Positions 29,977-40,914 of a stretch of 64,000 nt of DNA are shown piece by piece (the first letter of the stretch is position 1; the number at the start of each line of letters is the position of its first letter). The DNA lies in contig CAZJVP010000072.1 in assembly GCA_964549615.1 (NCBI GenBank), forward strand, positions 1 through 64,000. The letters are read 5' to 3'. Under the pieces are notes generated by a model, which saw only the letters and a program-made list of their open reading frames with translations, searched no databases and was not told the origin of the DNA. This DNA comes from an uncultured Thermococci archaeon (GTDB lineage Archaea; CAYQAE01; CAYVLA01). A program made the position numbers and the translations under genes.

Positions 29977-30146
29977 GGTCGACCCCGGCCCATCTATCCC
30001 CGGTCACAAAATCATCGCCGTCCGGGCTCTTAACTTTGCCCTCCGAACCTCCGAACCTGATCCGTCGGTTGGAAGTCCGGCGGCCTTCGTCCGCAGCTCG
30101 AGATCGCCCGTGCCAGTCGTGCCTATCTTTTAGGCAAGGAGGGCGC

Positions 30147-31325
30147 CTATTGCCGGGCGTGGTTCCACCTGTCAAAGAAGCTTCGTTTCTGTCCCTTTCT
30201 GGGCGTTCCTTCCGCCTGAAGAGATTTGAGCTCTTCGATAAGCTCCCTCTCCCGTCCGGAGACGTTCTTGGGAATGCTCACCTCGACCTTGACGTGCTGG
30301 TCCCCCACTCCACCCCTCTCAAGGTCAGGCAGGCCTTTGCCCTTCAGCCTGAAGATGGTTCCGCTCTCAGTCCCGGGAGGAATCTTGATCACAGCGGTTC
30401 CCTTCAGAGTCGGGACCTCAAGTTCCCCGCCCAGAACCAGCAGCGCGTAGCTGACCGGGACCTTCATGTAGATCTCCGGGCCGTCCCTCTGGAAGACCGG
30501 ATGCGGCCTGACGTGCACAACCACGTAGAGGTCGCCCGGCGAGCCTCCCATCCTGCCCTTCTCGCCTTGGCCGGATATCCGCAGCCGCGATCCGTCATCG
30601 ATGCCGGCCGGAACGTTCACCGATATCCTCCTGGATCTTCGAACGATGCCCTTCCCGCGACACTGCTGGCACGGCCTCTCAACGGTCCTGCCGCTTCCCC
30701 TACACCTTACACAAGGCTGGATGCGGACGAACTGGCTGAAGCCGCGGGTCTGAACGTCCCTGATCTGCCCCCGTCCCCCGCAATCCGGGCAGGTCCTGAG
30801 AGCCGTACCGCCCTCAGCCCCGGTGCCCCCGCAGGCCGGGCAGTCCTCCTCATGATCGAACTCGATCTCCTTCTTTGCCCCGAAAGCTGCCTCCTCGAAA
30901 CTCACCTCGAGGTCGTACCGCAGATCGGCACCGCGCTCACGGCCGCGGGGTTCACGACGGTCGAAGAAGAAGTCGAAAAGGGATCCCCCGCCTCGACCGA
31001 AGAATTCCTCGAAGATGCCGCCTCCAAAAATGTCATCGATGTCGCCGAAGTGGGTGAAGTCCCTCCACGTGAAGCCGCCGGGGCTGAAGTTGCCCTGCAC
31101 GCCCGCGAAGCCGAACTGATCGTACGCCGCCCTCTTCTCCGGATCCGCAAGGACCTCGTAGGCCTCGGAAAGCTCCTTGAACTTCTCCTCGGCACCCTTC
31201 GGGTCGTCCTTATTGAGGTCGGGGTGGTACTTCTTGGCCAGTCTCCTATACGCAGCCTTGATCTCGTCGAGGGTCGCGTTCCTCGAGACCCCCAACACCT
31301 CGTAATAGTCCCGTTTCTGGGCCAA
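30147..31325 (-). CDS. dnaJ: Chaperone DnaJ
   Basis: J domain with HPD, G/F region, four CxxCxGxG motifs. Confidence 0.97.
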   Translation of the reverse strand: MAQKRDYYEVLGVSRNATLDEIKAAYRRLAKKYHPDLNKDDPKGAEEKFKELSEAYEVLADPEKRAAYDQFGFAGVQGNFSPGGFTWRDFTHFGDIDDIFGGGIFEEFFGRGGGSLFDFFFDRREPRGRERGADLRYDLEVSFEEAAFGAKKEIEFDHEEDCPACGGTGAEGGTALRTCPDCGGRGQIRDVQTRGFSQFVRIQPCVRCRGSGRTVERPCQQCRGKGIVRRSRRISVNVPAGIDDGSRLRISGQGEKGRMGGSPGDLYVVVHVRPHPVFQRDGPEIYMKVPVSYALLVLGGELEVPTLKGTAVIKIPPGTESGTIFRLKGKGLPDLERGGVGDQHVKVEVSIPKNVSGRERELIEELKSLQAEGTPRKGQKRSFFDRWNHARQ

Positions 31326-31348
31326 TAGGTACCACCGACAGGGTTCCC

Positions 31349-33217
31349 CTACTTCTTGTCCTCCTCATCGACGACCTTGTAGTCTGCATCCACCACCTTC
31401 TCCTTCGACCCCTTCTTCGCGCCCTCGGACCCGCCCTTGTTCTCGGATCCGCCCTTCTCATCGGGCCTGGGCCCCGCCTGCTGGTAGATCTTGGTGGTGG
31501 CTTCGTACATAACCTTCGTCAGCTTCTCGATCGCCTCGTTGATCCTTGAGGCGTCTTCGCGTCCGACCGCCTCCCGAAGCGACTTCACCTCGGTTTCTAT
31601 GGCCGATTTCTGGTCCGCGGTGAGCTTGTCACCCATCTCCTTTAGCGTCTTTTCTGCGGTGTAGATCATCGTGTCTGCTCTGTTCTTCAGCTCGGCCATC
31701 TCCCGCCGCTTCCTGTCCTCCTCGGCGTGCTTCTCCGACTCCTTCATCATACGGTCGATCTCTTCCTTGCTGAGCTTGGTCGAGGCCGTTATGGTCATCT
31801 TCTGCTCCTTGCCCGTGGCGAGATCCTTGGCGCTCACGTTCAGAATCCCGTTCGCGTCTATGTCGAAAGTGACTTCGATCTGGGGAACTCCCCTCGGGGC
31901 CGGCGGAATCCCAACCAGGGTGAACCTCCCGAGGGAGATATTGTCCGCCGCCATTGCCCTCTCACCTTGGAGGACATGGATCTCGACGCTCGTCTGGAAA
32001 TCGGAGGCGGTCGTGAATATCTGGCTCTTCCTCGTCGGAATCGTCGTGTTCCTGTCGATGAGCTTCGTGAACACGCCGCCCAACGTCTCTATCCCCAGCG
32101 TCAGGGGCGTCACGTCGAGCAGAAGTATGTCCTTTATCTCACCGGCGAGAACCGCGCCTTGGATTGCGGCCCCCATCGCCACGCACTCCATCGGATCTAT
32201 CCCCCTCTCAGGCTCCCTGCCGAGGATCGATTTGAACTTCTCCCTCACGCAAGGCATCCTTGTCGGACCGCCAACCAGGATTATCTTGGAGATGTCACTT
32301 GGCTGAAGCTTGGCATCGGACAACGCCGTCCTTATCGGCTGTTCGAGCTGTCGCAGGATCGGATCCACGAGCTCCTCCAGCTTCGCCCGCGTAAGCGTCA
32401 GCTCCAGGTTCTTTGGCCCCTTGGAGTCACTCGCTATGAAGGGAAGGCTGATCTGTGTCGTGATGGTGCTGGAGAGCTCAATCTTTGCCCTCTCCGCAGC
32501 CTCCCTGACCCTCTGCATCGCGGTGTGATCCGACCTCAGATCGATCCCCGTCTGGGCCTTGAACTGCTGAACCATCCAATCGATGATCTTCTGGTCCATG
32601 TCTGTTCCGCCAAGTTGCGTATCGCCGCTGGTCGAAAGCACTTCGAACACGCCATCTCCGATCTCCATGATGGTAACATCGAACGTGCCTCCGCCGAAGT
32701 CCAGTATGGCAACCCTCATGTTGCCTCCTTTATCAAGCCCGTAGGCCAGCGCGGCCGCCGTGGGCTCGTTTATTATCCTCACGACCTCGAGGCCGGCGAT
32801 CGTTCCTGCGTCTTTGGTGGCCTGTCTCTGATTGTCGTTGAAGTAGGCGGGGACGGTTATCACCGCCTTCTTGACCTCCTCGCCCAAGAACGCTGAAGCG
32901 TCGTCCTTGATCTTCCTGAGGATTCTGGCCGAGATCTCCTGAGGGGTGTATGACTTGCCGTCTATCGTGACGGTGTAGTCCGTCCCCATCTTGCGCTTTA
33001 TCCCGATGATCGTTCGATCCGGCTTCAGGGCGGCCTGTCTCCTTGCCGGCTCGCCCACCAAGACGGTGCCGTCCTCCATGAAGCAGACTACGGAGGGAAA
33101 CATCTTGCCGGCATAGGTGGGCCCCTCGGCGCTTGGAACTATCACGGGCCGGCCGCCTTCGACAACCGCGCATTGAGAGTTGCTCGTCCCAAGATCTATG
33201 CCAACGATCTTAACCAA
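31349..33217 (-). CDS. dnaK: Chaperone DnaK
   Basis: [25 protein letters not shown] and DVTPLTLG motifs. TTG at 33217 with a GGAGGT SD. Confidence 0.97.
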   Translation of the reverse strand: MVKIVGIDLGTSNSQCAVVEGGRPVIVPSAEGPTYAGKMFPSVVCFMEDGTVLVGEPARRQAALKPDRTIIGIKRKMGTDYTVTIDGKSYTPQEISARILRKIKDDASAFLGEEVKKAVITVPAYFNDNQRQATKDAGTIAGLEVVRIINEPTAAALAYGLDKGGNMRVAILDFGGGTFDVTIMEIGDGVFEVLSTSGDTQLGGTDMDQKIIDWMVQQFKAQTGIDLRSDHTAMQRVREAAERAKIELSSTITTQISLPFIASDSKGPKNLELTLTRAKLEELVDPILRQLEQPIRTALSDAKLQPSDISKIILVGGPTRMPCVREKFKSILGREPERGIDPMECVAMGAAIQGAVLAGEIKDILLLDVTPLTLGIETLGGVFTKLIDRNTTIPTRKSQIFTTASDFQTSVEIHVLQGERAMAADNISLGRFTLVGIPPAPRGVPQIEVTFDIDANGILNVSAKDLATGKEQKMTITASTKLSKEEIDRMMKESEKHAEEDRKRREMAELKNRADTMIYTAEKTLKEMGDKLTADQKSAIETEVKSLREAVGREDASRINEAIEKLTKVMYEATTKIYQQAGPRPDEKGGSENKGGSEGAKKGSKEKVVDADYKVVDEEDKK

Positions 33218-33231
33218 GTCGAGACCTCCAT

Positions 33232-33807
33232 TCAGCTGCTTGCCTTTCCTGATGAGACGGCGACCTTCGCGGGCCGTATGGTCTTGGAGTTGAGGAGATA
33301 GCCCCTCGAGTATTCCTGGACGATGACGTTCTCCGGGTGTTCTTCGCTTGCAACTCGGCACACTGCTTCGTGATACCGCGAGTCGAATGGCTTCCCCACC
33401 GACTCCACCGGCGTGAGCCCCTCTCTTCTGAGTATCCCGTCCAGCTGTTCCAAGGTCATCTTGACTCCCTTCATCAAAGGATCCGAGTCCCCTCTGCCGA
33501 GCGCCTCACCCGCCTGTACCGCTCGCTCAAGGTTCTCAAGGACGTCGACCAGGGACTTGACGATGTTCTCGGACGCAAACTTGACGAACTCCTCCTTCTC
33601 CTTCTCCATCCTCTTCCTGAAGTTATCGAACTCAGCCTGCAGCCTAAGGAGCCTTTCGAGGTACCCCGCGGCCAGCTTCGTCTGCTCGTCCAGTTTCTGC
33701 TGGAGCCCCTGGACCTGCTCCTCAAGCTCCCGGATCCTCTGAGCCCTTGGATGCCGCTTGGGGTCCTTCGGTCTCCCCACAGGCTCCTCCACGCCCTTCG
33801 GGTCCAC
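33232..33807 (-). CDS. grpE: Nucleotide exchange factor GrpE
   Basis: [18 protein letters not shown] and GYLL...IRPAKV motifs. First gene of grpE-dnaK-dnaJ. Confidence 0.95.
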   Translation of the reverse strand: MDPKGVEEPVGRPKDPKRHPRAQRIRELEEQVQGLQQKLDEQTKLAAGYLERLLRLQAEFDNFRKRMEKEKEEFVKFASENIVKSLVDVLENLERAVQAGEALGRGDSDPLMKGVKMTLEQLDGILRREGLTPVESVGKPFDSRYHEAVCRVASEEHPENVIVQEYSRGYLLNSKTIRPAKVAVSSGKASS

Positions 33808-33895
33808 AGAAGATCCCGCTCACCTGGTTGATAAGAATAGGTTCCCTTGGCGGGTTTTTAATTTATCCTCAAGAGCCCCCCGGGTACTTTCGGAG

Positions 33896-34735
33896 TCATC
33901 TCCGAAGGATGTTTATGAGCGGGTCGGTGTATTCGCCATCTAGGCGGACCTGCACGACCTGCATGATCGCCTGAGATCCCTCGACCCTCGCGCCATTCAC
34001 GGCCATCGAGAAGAATATTCGATCGTCCTTGTGCAGGTCTCGGAATCTGACGGTTCCCAGGGCCGGAAGGTCGTCGAGCGGCAAGACGCCAGACTGCCTG
34101 AGCGGAGTCGATGAATACTTCGTTGCATTGTCGTTGAGCTGGATGACGACGTCCTGTATTGAGTTCTTCCAAGCCAAGAAGAACTCCGCGAACCCCGAAT
34201 AGAACTGCGTAATGTTCCCCGAGCCGTCGAAGAAGAACGCGAAGACCAAGGGCAGATCTGACCCAGCCCCGGGAGGGGCGAGGCCCTCAAGGCAGCTAGA
34301 GTAGTCCATCAGGAGCAGCTTGAACGTTTCGCCCTCCGACCCAACCTCGAGTTCCTTCCGCACGACCTCAAGATCCACCACCTCGGAAAGGGCCCTCACC
34401 TTCTCGTCAAGCTCACGCACCTGTTTCACGCGCAGGGCCTTCTCCACCACCGTGAGGCTTTGCCAATCCGTATAGTTCACGGCGAATGTCCGGTTCCGCA
34501 GCACGCAGAACCTCAGGACGAGGTCGGTGACCGGCCGCCTCACCATGATGCTCAGGGTATAAGGCGACCTTCCCTCCGCAGGGGGAAGCTGTAATCGGCC
34601 GCGGGCTGACGGGACATCCCAGTCATTCTTCAGGATTTCGATGGTCCTTTCCACCCTCTCGCCAAAGAGGATGTTGAAGAGGGCGCTGGAGACGATCGCC
34701 GCAATGATGAGGGTCCCCAGAAGCCTTCTATCCAT
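33896..34735 (-). CDS. Hypothetical N-terminally membrane-anchored protein
   Basis: N-terminal hydrophobic helix, beta-rich body, TATA-like box at ~34782-34790. Confidence 0.7.
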   Translation of the reverse strand: MDRRLLGTLIIAAIVSSALFNILFGERVERTIEILKNDWDVPSARGRLQLPPAEGRSPYTLSIMVRRPVTDLVLRFCVLRNRTFAVNYTDWQSLTVVEKALRVKQVRELDEKVRALSEVVDLEVVRKELEVGSEGETFKLLLMDYSSCLEGLAPPGAGSDLPLVFAFFFDGSGNITQFYSGFAEFFLAWKNSIQDVVIQLNDNATKYSSTPLRQSGVLPLDDLPALGTVRFRDLHKDDRIFFSMAVNGARVEGSQAIMQVVQVRLDGEYTDPLINILRR

Positions 34736-34855
34736 CGGACCACGCTGCCCCTCAAGGGTCTGATCTGGGCGGGGCCCACTTCATAAAAAGCTCATGTAGA
34801 TCCTTTGTTCCGGAATCTTCCCCGCGTTTTTGGAATCAGCAGGACGGACCGCGCC

Positions 34856-35599
34856 CTACGCTGGGGCCGCTAGGTAGATGGCAGAAGACTCCCAGGGAAT
34901 CGTCTTCGTTAACTTGAGCCCCGCCTGCTTCAGCAAAGCCTCCACCTCTTCCGGAGCAAGGAGCATTAGGTCAAACCATGGCCCGATGAAGCTCTTGTAC
35001 CTGACGCGGAGCTTCACCAGGCCGGGCGGACGATGGGACGCGAGATTCCTCAAGCGATAGTCCTCGTCGACGGCCGTGCCCGGCTCGTTGGGATTGGAGG
35101 TGTGGGCTATGAGATGTCCCTGTGGGAGAAGGACCCTCCTCACGTCCCGCAGCATCTCACCCGTGTTCTTGACATCCCCCGAGATGCCCAACCCGTTGTT
35201 CATCAGGAGAACGGCATCGAAGATCCGCGCCTTGAACGGAAGCCTGCGCGCGCACCCAAGCACAAGCAGCTTCCCTCCCCTCTCCCTGCACACGCGCAAA
35301 ACGGTCCTAGAGTTGTCGAGCCCGACCGCGAAGGCCCTCCGCTGCAAACCGAGCAGGTGGCGCCCGGCCCCGCACCCGATATCCAGTACCGTGGAATCCA
35401 CGAAGGAGAGAGCCTGCGTCTCCTCGTACCTCCAGTCCTGCTCCGTTTCAAAATAGAGGTCGATCGGCTCCTCCATCAGTACGCCATCGTCCCTTTCGAT
35501 CATGCACGGATTCCCCCGATTGCCCCTATGGTAATCCATGACCGCAATTCCTAGGGAGTCGACGGCGCTCACGTCGCCTGACCACGAAAGACGAGTCAA
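34856..35599 (-). CDS. Class I SAM-dependent methyltransferase
   Basis: IERDDG, VLDIGCGAGRH and FDAVLLMNNGLG motifs. Confidence 0.9.
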   Translation of the reverse strand: MTRLSWSGDVSAVDSLGIAVMDYHRGNRGNPCMIERDDGVLMEEPIDLYFETEQDWRYEETQALSFVDSTVLDIGCGAGRHLLGLQRRAFAVGLDNSRTVLRVCRERGGKLLVLGCARRLPFKARIFDAVLLMNNGLGISGDVKNTGEMLRDVRRVLLPQGHLIAHTSNPNEPGTAVDEDYRLRNLASHRPPGLVKLRVRYKSFIGPWFDLMLLAPEEVEALLKQAGLKLTKTIPWESSAIYLAAPA

Positions 35600-36019
35600 T
35601 AAGTATTTCCGCCGATCGATGCCGCAAGTGATTCGTCGCGGGATCGCGGACCGCCCTCATGCACGTGGCTAGCCATCGTCCGCCTTGACTACAGCCTTCA
35701 GCCCGACCCGCTCCATTTCACGGGTGATTCGGCCGACTATGGACCTCAGTGCGGAGTGGGGCACCAGTGAATTCTCGTGGTCCCTGATGTCGCTTATGGT
35801 TATCTTCCACTCATCCGTCCCCGTTTTGGGCGCTCCCTTCCGAAAGCCCACGGCAGCCTTGAAGCTTGTTACGGGTTATTAGCTCTCTTGTCGCACCAGG
35901 CTGTTTGCCTAACGTTCATCTAGTCCCGTCTTCGAAGCTTCCGCGGCGACGCAACCACGATCGCGCACCAAGCTCCTGCGATCGTCCTTGGGGTCAGGGC
36001 TGTGCGAGGGATGCTCCGG

Positions 36020-36592
36020 TTATCCGGAGGGGCGGATTGCGTCTAGCGCCTGCTCGAAGACGTCCTTGATGGGTCGGCTGGCATCCAGTACTTTCATCTT
36101 CGTGGGAAAGCGGTTGGCACTCCTGAAGATTCTCAAGTACTGGTCCCTCACGAGTCCCAGGAAAGCCTCCCTCTCAAACTTGTCGGTTCTCGAGCACCTT
36201 GAGAAGGCAACGCTGGGCTGGACGTCGAGGATCAGCACGATGTCGGGAAGGCGGAGGTGCTGCCATCTGTTCGCCCTGAGGATATCCTGCCACTTCACTC
36301 CCTGTGCGCCTTGATAGGCAAGGGAACAGTATATCGACCTGCTCGATACGAGCGTCCTGCCCTGAGACAACCACTCCACGATCTTCGGTTTGAGCAGCCA
36401 CCTGTCCAGGGCGAATAGCAGGACGTCCGTCCATGGATCCTCGCTCTTTGCGAGAAGTTTCTTCACGAAATCGTGGTATGGCTCGGCGAATCCAACGACA
36501 TCCGTCCCCTGGCGAGCAAGGTGCTCCACAAGCATCCTTTGTAGGGTTGTCTTCCCCGACCCGTCGATGCCGCCGATTGCGATGTACGTCAG
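36020..36592 (-). CDS. tmk: Thymidylate kinase (probable CTG start)
   Basis: In-frame YIAIGGIDGSGKTT lies upstream of the track's ATG at 36535. Also EP, LLFALDR, SLAYQG and PDIVLILDV. Confidence 0.88.
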   Translation of the reverse strand: MTYIAIGGIDGSGKTTLQRMLVEHLARQGTDVVGFAEPYHDFVKKLLAKSEDPWTDVLLFALDRWLLKPKIVEWLSQGRTLVSSRSIYCSLAYQGAQGVKWQDILRANRWQHLRLPDIVLILDVQPSVAFSRCSRTDKFEREAFLGLVRDQYLRIFRSANRFPTKMKVLDASRPIKDVFEQALDAIRPSG

Positions 36593-36604
36593 GCTCCCTT
36601 CCCG

Positions 36605-38023
36605 CTAAGCTATCTCGCCAAGAACGCAACCGGCGGTCAGGCAGTCACCCAGGCCAACCGTGTTGAGCGTGACCCTGGAAAGGAGACACGGCGTGAGAAC
36701 GACCCATGCCTCACTGCCGTCGAACTTCGCAAGCCAGATGCCCTCGCTCGTCTCCTCGCCAAGGGCTCCGAAGCGCTCGTAGAATCCGAGGCCGGCTGGG
36801 GACGGCTCGAGCCGATCGGCCGAGATCAGTCTTTCCAGATCCTCCATGCCCCCGAACTCCCCACTGTAAGCCCTGTTCTGTGCCGATAGAATCCCCAGCA
36901 TCTGGGAATCCCGAACGACCTCAGGCGCCACCCCGTAGCTGTCCTTCAGGACAGACACCACGAAGTCCTTGCTGTGGACCAACACCTTTTTCACGCCCTG
37001 GGATGAGGCGAACCTGAACATCCCATCGACCATCCTCACGGGATCCTCCGGCCTCGCACCGTGGTTTGCGAGAACCGCTTGCAGCTCATCCTCGTTCATG
37101 CCGATGCTATCGGAGACATCGCACGCCCTGCTGATTATGTCCCTGCGGATGACCGCATCCTGCACATCCGCCAGCTCGAAGTGGACCCTGATCGCCGGGT
37201 TCTTTCCCCGCCACCGTCTGACCAAACCGAGGGCCTCTTCCAGCCTGTCAAGGTAGGTTGTGCCGTCCGGATACGACCGCTTGAGCATGTGGAGTCCGGT
37301 GAGGATGAGCTTGTCGATGTCGCTGATTCTCTCGTCCACCCCTTTCACGAAGGCCGGGTCGATGACTATCTTGCCGTTGTAGTCGTCCGCATTCGCGATG
37401 AAACGGTTGTTCCTCGGAGAGACGAACCTATGTCCCCGCCACTCAAAACCAGTCCCCTGCCTGAACTCAACGATCAGATGAACTAGCTCTCGATCCTCCC
37501 GCGAGGCCTCGCTGGGGCGGCGGAAGGTGACCTTCCCTCCCCTCATCACGGGCAGGAGGATGTTCCCCCTATCCAGGAAAAGCCTTGCCTGCCTCTCCGG
37601 AAGCTGGACGGCATGGGGGATGACGAACCTCGCTCCCAGGGCCGAGAGGGCGTTCGCCATTATGCCGGCGTTCCCCCCCATCCGATAGGCGTCGATGGGG
37701 AGGTTGGTGACGATCCACTCGTAGGCCGCCTGATCGTAGATCATATACTCCCCTCCAGCCCCCCGGCCGATGAAGTGCATCAGCCCGGCCAAGAAATCTG
37801 CAGGATTGTCTATGCGGCCCGGAGGCGAGTCCCTGCGAAGAAAGGCCTGATCCGCAAGCTCCGGATGGGAGACGAGAAGAGCGCGAAGCCGCTCATCGTT
37901 CAGGTTAATTATCCCGTCGATGTTCGTGTTGAAAGCGACGGCCACCCCCGCGGAACGGGGCAACCTTCTGCGGAAGTTTTGGATTGCCTCGTAGTAGAGT
38001 CCCAGCCAGTTAACGGCCGGCAT
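36605..38023 (-). CDS. ADP-dependent glucokinase/phosphofructokinase
   Basis: FNTNIDG, RMGGNAGIMAN, VHLIVEF, PRNNRFI, HFELA, SIGMNEDEL and TVGLGD motifs. Confidence 0.93.
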   Translation of the reverse strand: MPAVNWLGLYYEAIQNFRRRLPRSAGVAVAFNTNIDGIINLNDERLRALLVSHPELADQAFLRRDSPPGRIDNPADFLAGLMHFIGRGAGGEYMIYDQAAYEWIVTNLPIDAYRMGGNAGIMANALSALGARFVIPHAVQLPERQARLFLDRGNILLPVMRGGKVTFRRPSEASREDRELVHLIVEFRQGTGFEWRGHRFVSPRNNRFIANADDYNGKIVIDPAFVKGVDERISDIDKLILTGLHMLKRSYPDGTTYLDRLEEALGLVRRWRGKNPAIRVHFELADVQDAVIRRDIISRACDVSDSIGMNEDELQAVLANHGARPEDPVRMVDGMFRFASSQGVKKVLVHSKDFVVSVLKDSYGVAPEVVRDSQMLGILSAQNRAYSGEFGGMEDLERLISADRLEPSPAGLGFYERFGALGEETSEGIWLAKFDGSEAWVVLTPCLLSRVTLNTVGLGDCLTAGCVLGEIA

Positions 38024-38242
38024 AGTCCTGCCGAGAGGAAACGAGCGCCGGTATTGAAAACTCTAACCCACAAGCCGGCCGGCCCGGATCCCGTCGCAGG
38101 GAGCAAAAAATACATTTATGAGTGCAAAGGCCCGACTGCAGGCGAACGCGTTCAGGTTCGGGCCCGAGTCCATCGCGATCCCGGCTGGCAGCGGCGTCTC
38201 CGAGGGTGGGCTTGGCTGGAACCCGAGCGGGAGGGTTGCGAT

Positions 38243-38650
38243 TTGGCAGTCACCGATGAGATCGTGGAGTTTTATTCTTCGATCCTGAACGGGTCGTTGG
38301 GCCGGTATGCAGGAATTGTGGGGGCACCTGCCGTGGACCTCATCGTGAAACCCGCGGTTCAGAGAGCACAGAAGGAGCACAGGTTCCTGGAGGCCGTCGA
38401 AGTCAATGGGGGGAGGATCGTGGCAAAAGAGATCTCGGCAGACATCGAGGTCCTCAAGGGCGGGTTTAACACCCTAACCAAGGCCATCGTCGACAGCCTG
38501 GCATACGTGTTCGGCCCGGAGGAGGTCATCCCGGAAACCCGGAAGATATACGGCGATGTGGCCCGATCCAAGCAGCAGCTCATCCAGGACGCCAAGATCG
38601 CCAAGGGACTTCCTGCCTTCCTGTCGGAGGAGGTATGGGAGGAGGTGTGA
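38243..38650 (+). CDS. Hypothetical 135-aa helical protein, first gene of a three-gene operon
   Basis: TTG at 38243 after GGAGGG. The stop is 2 nt before the next ATG, and the ORF end carries the GGAGGTG SD for that gene. Confidence 0.72.
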   Translation: MAVTDEIVEFYSSILNGSLGRYAGIVGAPAVDLIVKPAVQRAQKEHRFLEAVEVNGGRIVAKEISADIEVLKGGFNTLTKAIVDSLAYVFGPEEVIPETRKIYGDVARSKQQLIQDAKIAKGLPAFLSEEVWEEV

Positions 38651-38652
38651 AG

Positions 38653-39675
38653 ATGGGATTTCTCGCCGGCCTTAAGAGCAGGCTCTCAGGGAAGCCCACT
38701 TTGGAGCAGTTCGAGAAGAAGACCATCGGACTTCCTCCCGCGGAGGCTGCCCCGAAATGGGTGGAGTTCGCCAAGGAACATGAGGAGCTCAAACCGGACG
38801 ACGCCATGTACGGATACAGAAGGGCCGCCGCCCTGTATCGTGAGATAGGGGACATGAAGGCGTTCGTGCAACAGTCCTTGAACTATGCCAAGGCAGCGGA
38901 GAGGGTTCCGGAGTACGCCATCGCGGGCGATGGGTTCAGGGTCGCCGCGGAGTACGAGAAGGAGGGATCTGAACAGAACTATGCGAGGGCGGCAGACAAC
39001 TACCGAAAGGCTGGGGAGAAGGCCGAGGCAGACAGGCACACCACCCTTGCATCCGACATGTATGCCGCTGCGGCCGACTGTTACGAGAGGGCCAAGGACT
39101 ACCAGAAGGCGATCGAGAATCACCTGAAATCCACAGCGATAAGCGAGAGGAAGAAGCACCTCATCAGGGTCGCAAGGGACTACGGCAAGGTGGCCGAGAA
39201 CTACCTCAGGCTCAAGGACTACGAGAAGTCAGCCGAGTTCTTTCTCAAGCACGCTGAGGCCGAGACGAGCAGGGCCAACGTCGCCTACTCGGACGGTTAC
39301 TACCGAGCCGGCGCCACATATGTGAAGGCTGGCAAGCTGGACAAGGCAGCGGAAGCTTACCTGAAGCATGCGGAGTTCTCCAATGAGCCGGCGTACGGGT
39401 ACAGGAACGCGGCACAATGCTACCAGAAGCTGGGCGACCCGGAGAAGGCGTTGGAGTACTACCTCAAGGCGGTGGACGACGACCTTGCCAAGGGGCGCAC
39501 CTTTGTGGCCGCGGAGGTGCTCAAACTAGCCAGGACGATCGCCAAGGATAAGTCGAAGATCGACGCAAAGCTTCAGGAGATAAGGGTTCCTGCAGGATTC
39601 GAGAAGGCCTCCTTAGAATTCCGAAAGACGCTGGGGAGGGAGCTTCAGCGCAAGGGGCTTCCAGCCCTGACCTAG
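38653..39675 (+). CDS. TPR/alpha-SNAP-like helical repeat protein
   Basis: Repeated A..Y..AA..Y / KA.E.Y.K helices, amphipathic N-terminus MGFLAGLKSRL, and GRTFVAA. Confidence 0.8.
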   Translation: MGFLAGLKSRLSGKPTLEQFEKKTIGLPPAEAAPKWVEFAKEHEELKPDDAMYGYRRAAALYREIGDMKAFVQQSLNYAKAAERVPEYAIAGDGFRVAAEYEKEGSEQNYARAADNYRKAGEKAEADRHTTLASDMYAAAADCYERAKDYQKAIENHLKSTAISERKKHLIRVARDYGKVAENYLRLKDYEKSAEFFLKHAEAETSRANVAYSDGYYRAGATYVKAGKLDKAAEAYLKHAEFSNEPAYGYRNAAQCYQKLGDPEKALEYYLKAVDDDLAKGRTFVAAEVLKLARTIAKDKSKIDAKLQEIRVPAGFEKASLEFRKTLGRELQRKGLPALT

Positions 39676-39691
39676 CCGCAAGCGGCCGCGC

Positions 39692-40804
39692 TTGGTGAAG
39701 TTGGTGGATTTGGGGCTAGCGTGGGCGAGGTATCTTAGGCCAACCAAAGTATTCCTGACGGCGGTGGTGCTGGGAGTTGCGCTCGGGCTCGCGCTCTCGA
39801 TCCTTGCCCCGCCGATTCTGACCGCGCTCGAGCACGCCCTTTATTTCAGGATCACGAAGCCCCTTGAGATCATACAGAAGCCCCTGTCAGGGATAGTTGG
39901 AACTGAGGAAGTAACGGCCCTCTACCTGCTTGGGAACAATCTGATCGTGTCGTTCATCGCGGCCTTCGGCGGGGCCATCTTGATCCGATACACGGTGAAG
40001 CCGGGCCAGGAAACCTACACAAGGGAGGGGCGCATCACCAACCTCCTCTGGAGGCTGATAGGGGAGGGGGATGAGAAGTACAAGGAGCCAGCGGTGCTGG
40101 CATTCCTCCTTCCCTTGGCCGTCGTCTTCGTCAACGGTGGCGTCTTCGGGCTCTTCTCGGTGAGCAATGGGCTGTCGTGGAAGGAACTCTACGTGTACTT
40201 GGCCTACGTGCTTCCACACGGTTCGGTTGAGTTGCCGGCCGTGATCCTCGCCGCAACCATTGGCTACGCCACCGCAGTGAAGCTGGACTCCTTTCTTAGG
40301 AAGGGCGACCTCGAAGCCTTCCTCACATACGCAGGCAGGAGCTTGAAATCCAGAAGGTCTTGGGGCCTTTTCTCCCTCGTCTGCGTCATGCTAGTCTTCG
40401 CGGCGGCCATCGAAGCTTACCTTACCCCCGCCATCGGAAGGACGGCTCTGCAGAACTCATACTTTGATCTTCGCGTGCTAAACGAGTCGGTCAGACAGGG
40501 AGAGCCAGCCTTCTTGGTCGTCCTGGCGTCGTTCGGCGCGACCGTGACCTTTCACAACGGCTCGCTCTCAGGGCCCCCTCTTGAGGTCGAGCTTTTCGGC
40601 AGCAAGCAATATCCCTTTGAGGTCGACGGGCGCAGGATTCAGGCATCGGAGGTCGTCAGCGGCCATCAGCTCCGCATCCCCCCTGACGTCGGTGCCCTCC
40701 TCCTCAAGTTCCGTGTCAGCAACTTGACGCGCACCACCGTGGTGCACATCCTGGCATCCTGTAAGAAGCTGACCCGCGAGTCCAGACTTGAGGTGCTCGC
40801 CTAG
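39692..40804 (+). CDS. SpoIIM-family (DUF95) membrane protein with a C-terminal beta-rich domain
   Basis: NNLIV, VNGGVFG, LPHGSVELPAVILA..IG and AAAIEAYLTP motifs. Confidence 0.85.
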   Translation: MVKLVDLGLAWARYLRPTKVFLTAVVLGVALGLALSILAPPILTALEHALYFRITKPLEIIQKPLSGIVGTEEVTALYLLGNNLIVSFIAAFGGAILIRYTVKPGQETYTREGRITNLLWRLIGEGDEKYKEPAVLAFLLPLAVVFVNGGVFGLFSVSNGLSWKELYVYLAYVLPHGSVELPAVILAATIGYATAVKLDSFLRKGDLEAFLTYAGRSLKSRRSWGLFSLVCVMLVFAAAIEAYLTPAIGRTALQNSYFDLRVLNESVRQGEPAFLVVLASFGATVTFHNGSLSGPPLEVELFGSKQYPFEVDGRRIQASEVVSGHQLRIPPDVGALLLKFRVSNLTRTTVVHILASCKKLTRESRLEVLA

Positions 40805-40830
40805 CCGGCTCGACGGCAACGCCCAGCGCG

Positions 40831-40848
40831 CAAGTAAGACTTAATAGC
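40831..40848 (+). promoter_or_regulatory. TATA box for the SRP RNA/leuA-ilvB-ilvH transcript
   Basis: AAGAC-TTAATA at 40836-40846, the only TATA-like box seen ahead of the SRP RNA and leuA/cimA. Confidence 0.6.
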
Positions 40849-40914
40849 TTGCACCCAGAGCAAGGCTTCTCGGCCAAGGCCTGTTCAGCAGGATCCGTGG
40901 CCGATGCACAGGAA

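Noticed and set aside
29961-32896. Long plus-strand ORFs opposite dnaJ/dnaK (and 10328-11809 opposite the propeller gene)
   Set aside because: Antisense shadows expected in GC-rich, codon-biased genes, with no motifs.
33810-33895. CIRCE or other heat-shock operator upstream of grpE
   Set aside because: No TTAGCACTC-N9-GAGTGCTAA. Only a TATA-like AT tract is present.
35669-35851. 60-aa ORF between the methyltransferase and tmk
   Set aside because: Plausible composition but no motif, SD or promoter support, so left uncalled.
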